A stretch of DNA of 32,000 nucleotides from Delftia acidovorans NBRC 14950 (GTDB lineage Bacteria > Pseudomonadota > Gammaproteobacteria > Burkholderiales > Burkholderiaceae_C), in NCBI RefSeq assembly GCF_001598795.1, contig NZ_BCZP01000030.1, positions 1-32,000 of the forward strand. Direction: 5' to 3'. Under the pieces are notes generated by a model, which worked only from the letters and a program-made list of their open reading frames with translations, did not search any database and had not been told where the DNA came from. The translations under genes were made by a program, and so were the position numbers. How positions within the stretch are numbered: position 1 is the stretch's first letter; each line of letters opens with the position of its first letter. This document shows positions 31,411 to 32,000 of this stretch, one piece after another.

Positions 31411-32000
31411 CTATTCGGAAGCGGCTCCAGGGGGCATCTGGCGGCCTGTCACAAAAGCCTGGGCATGGCACAGGTCGGCCCAGGCGCCGGCCTTGGCCTG
31501 GGGGGCGCGCAGCAGGTAGTTGGGGTCGTAGCTGACCACGGCGGGCACGCCCGCAATGCGGTGCGGCTCGGCACGCAGGCGGCCCAGCGCCTCCTGGCGC
31601 TGCAGCACGGCGCGCGCCGTGGCCAGCCCCAGCACCAGCACGCAGGCCGGGCGCAGATCGCGCAGCAGCGCCTCCAGCGATGGCTGCAGCGCCGGGACCT
31701 CGGGCGCCTCCTGTCCTTCGGCCGCAGGCTGCACGCGGTGCAGGGCGGCGCTGTACAGGCGCGGATGGTCCTGCAGGTTCAGCGCGCGCAGCATGTTGTC
31801 CAGCAGCCGGGCCGCGTCGCCTTCGAGCGCGGTGCGCGCGCAGTCGGGGCCGGGGCGCTGGGCGGGTGGCAGGGGCAGCGAGTTGGCGGGCGGCTCCAGC
31901 AGGATCAGCCAGCCGCCTTCGCCGCCATCACCGGCAGGCGGGGTTGCCGCATACACGGGCCGTACGGGGCCCAGCCGCCAGCCCAGCCCGGGGGCGCCGG
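31411..32000 (-). CDS. Uracil-DNA-glycosylase-superfamily (family-4-like) protein with degenerate motifs; 5' end probably outside the window
   Basis: AARLLDNMLRALNL..., VLVLGLATARAVL and VVSYDPNYLLRAPQAKAGAWADL align with UDG4 blocks (GKAGqLLnrmL, PLG, HPayLLRnP..K...W.DL). The frame stays open to position 32000 upstream of the tracked GTG at 31956. Confidence 0.55.
   Translation of the reverse strand, partial: GAPGLGWRLGPVRPVYAATPPAGDGGEGGWLILLEPPANSLPLPPAQRPGPDCARTALEGDAARLLDNMLRALNLQDHPRLYSAALHRVQPAAEGQEAPEVPALQPSLEALLRDLRPACVLVLGLATARAVLQRQEALGRLRAEPHRIAGVPAVVSYDPNYLLRAPQAKAGAWADLCHAQAFVTGRQMPPGAASE

Overview
This is a very GC-rich chromosomal segment; third codon positions are almost all G/C. 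It looks betaproteobacterial and most like Comamonadaceae, possibly Delftia. That guess rests on a Bug-family binding protein, a Burkholderiales-type porin and a 380-aa D-threo-3-hydroxyaspartate-dehydratase-like gene, and it is inference only. I support 32 protein-coding genes, all metabolic, transport or regulatory. By eye there is no rRNA, tRNA, CRISPR array, transposase, integrase or recognisable defence or toxin gene.

Gene order:
- LysR <> aldo/keto reductase
- fadD-like acyl-CoA ligase >< LctP-family permease <> Lrp/AsnC
- TetR, then a beta-hydroxyacid-dehydrogenase-like gene plus an MFS gene; the two promoter regions share an identical 16-bp operator
- cupin, alpha/beta hydrolase, IclR, NadX, MtnN-like nucleosidase
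- a 1.3-kb non-coding, repeat-rich gap holding one small foreign-looking ORF, part of which is bounded by perfect 26-bp terminal inverted repeats
- a 12.6-kb catabolic cluster linked to a second IclR: SDR, IclR, atypical SDR, ThDP enzyme, ALDH, two-domain VOC dioxygenase, Bug binding protein, small recombinase-like-HTH protein, VanA-type Rieske oxygenase, VanB/PDR-type reductase, porin, MFS
- LysR <> HAD, D-threo-3-hydroxyaspartate dehydratase-like gene, RidA
- CorA and a partial degenerate UDG-like gene on the minus strand

I see no clear new defence-type system. The most unusual items are the catabolic cluster of unassigned substrate (with its small Rieske-linked protein and an SDR lacking the catalytic Tyr), the TIR-bounded repeat and small-ORF module, and several well-defined operator and hairpin structures. 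All start sites and family calls come from reading the translations; no searches were run.
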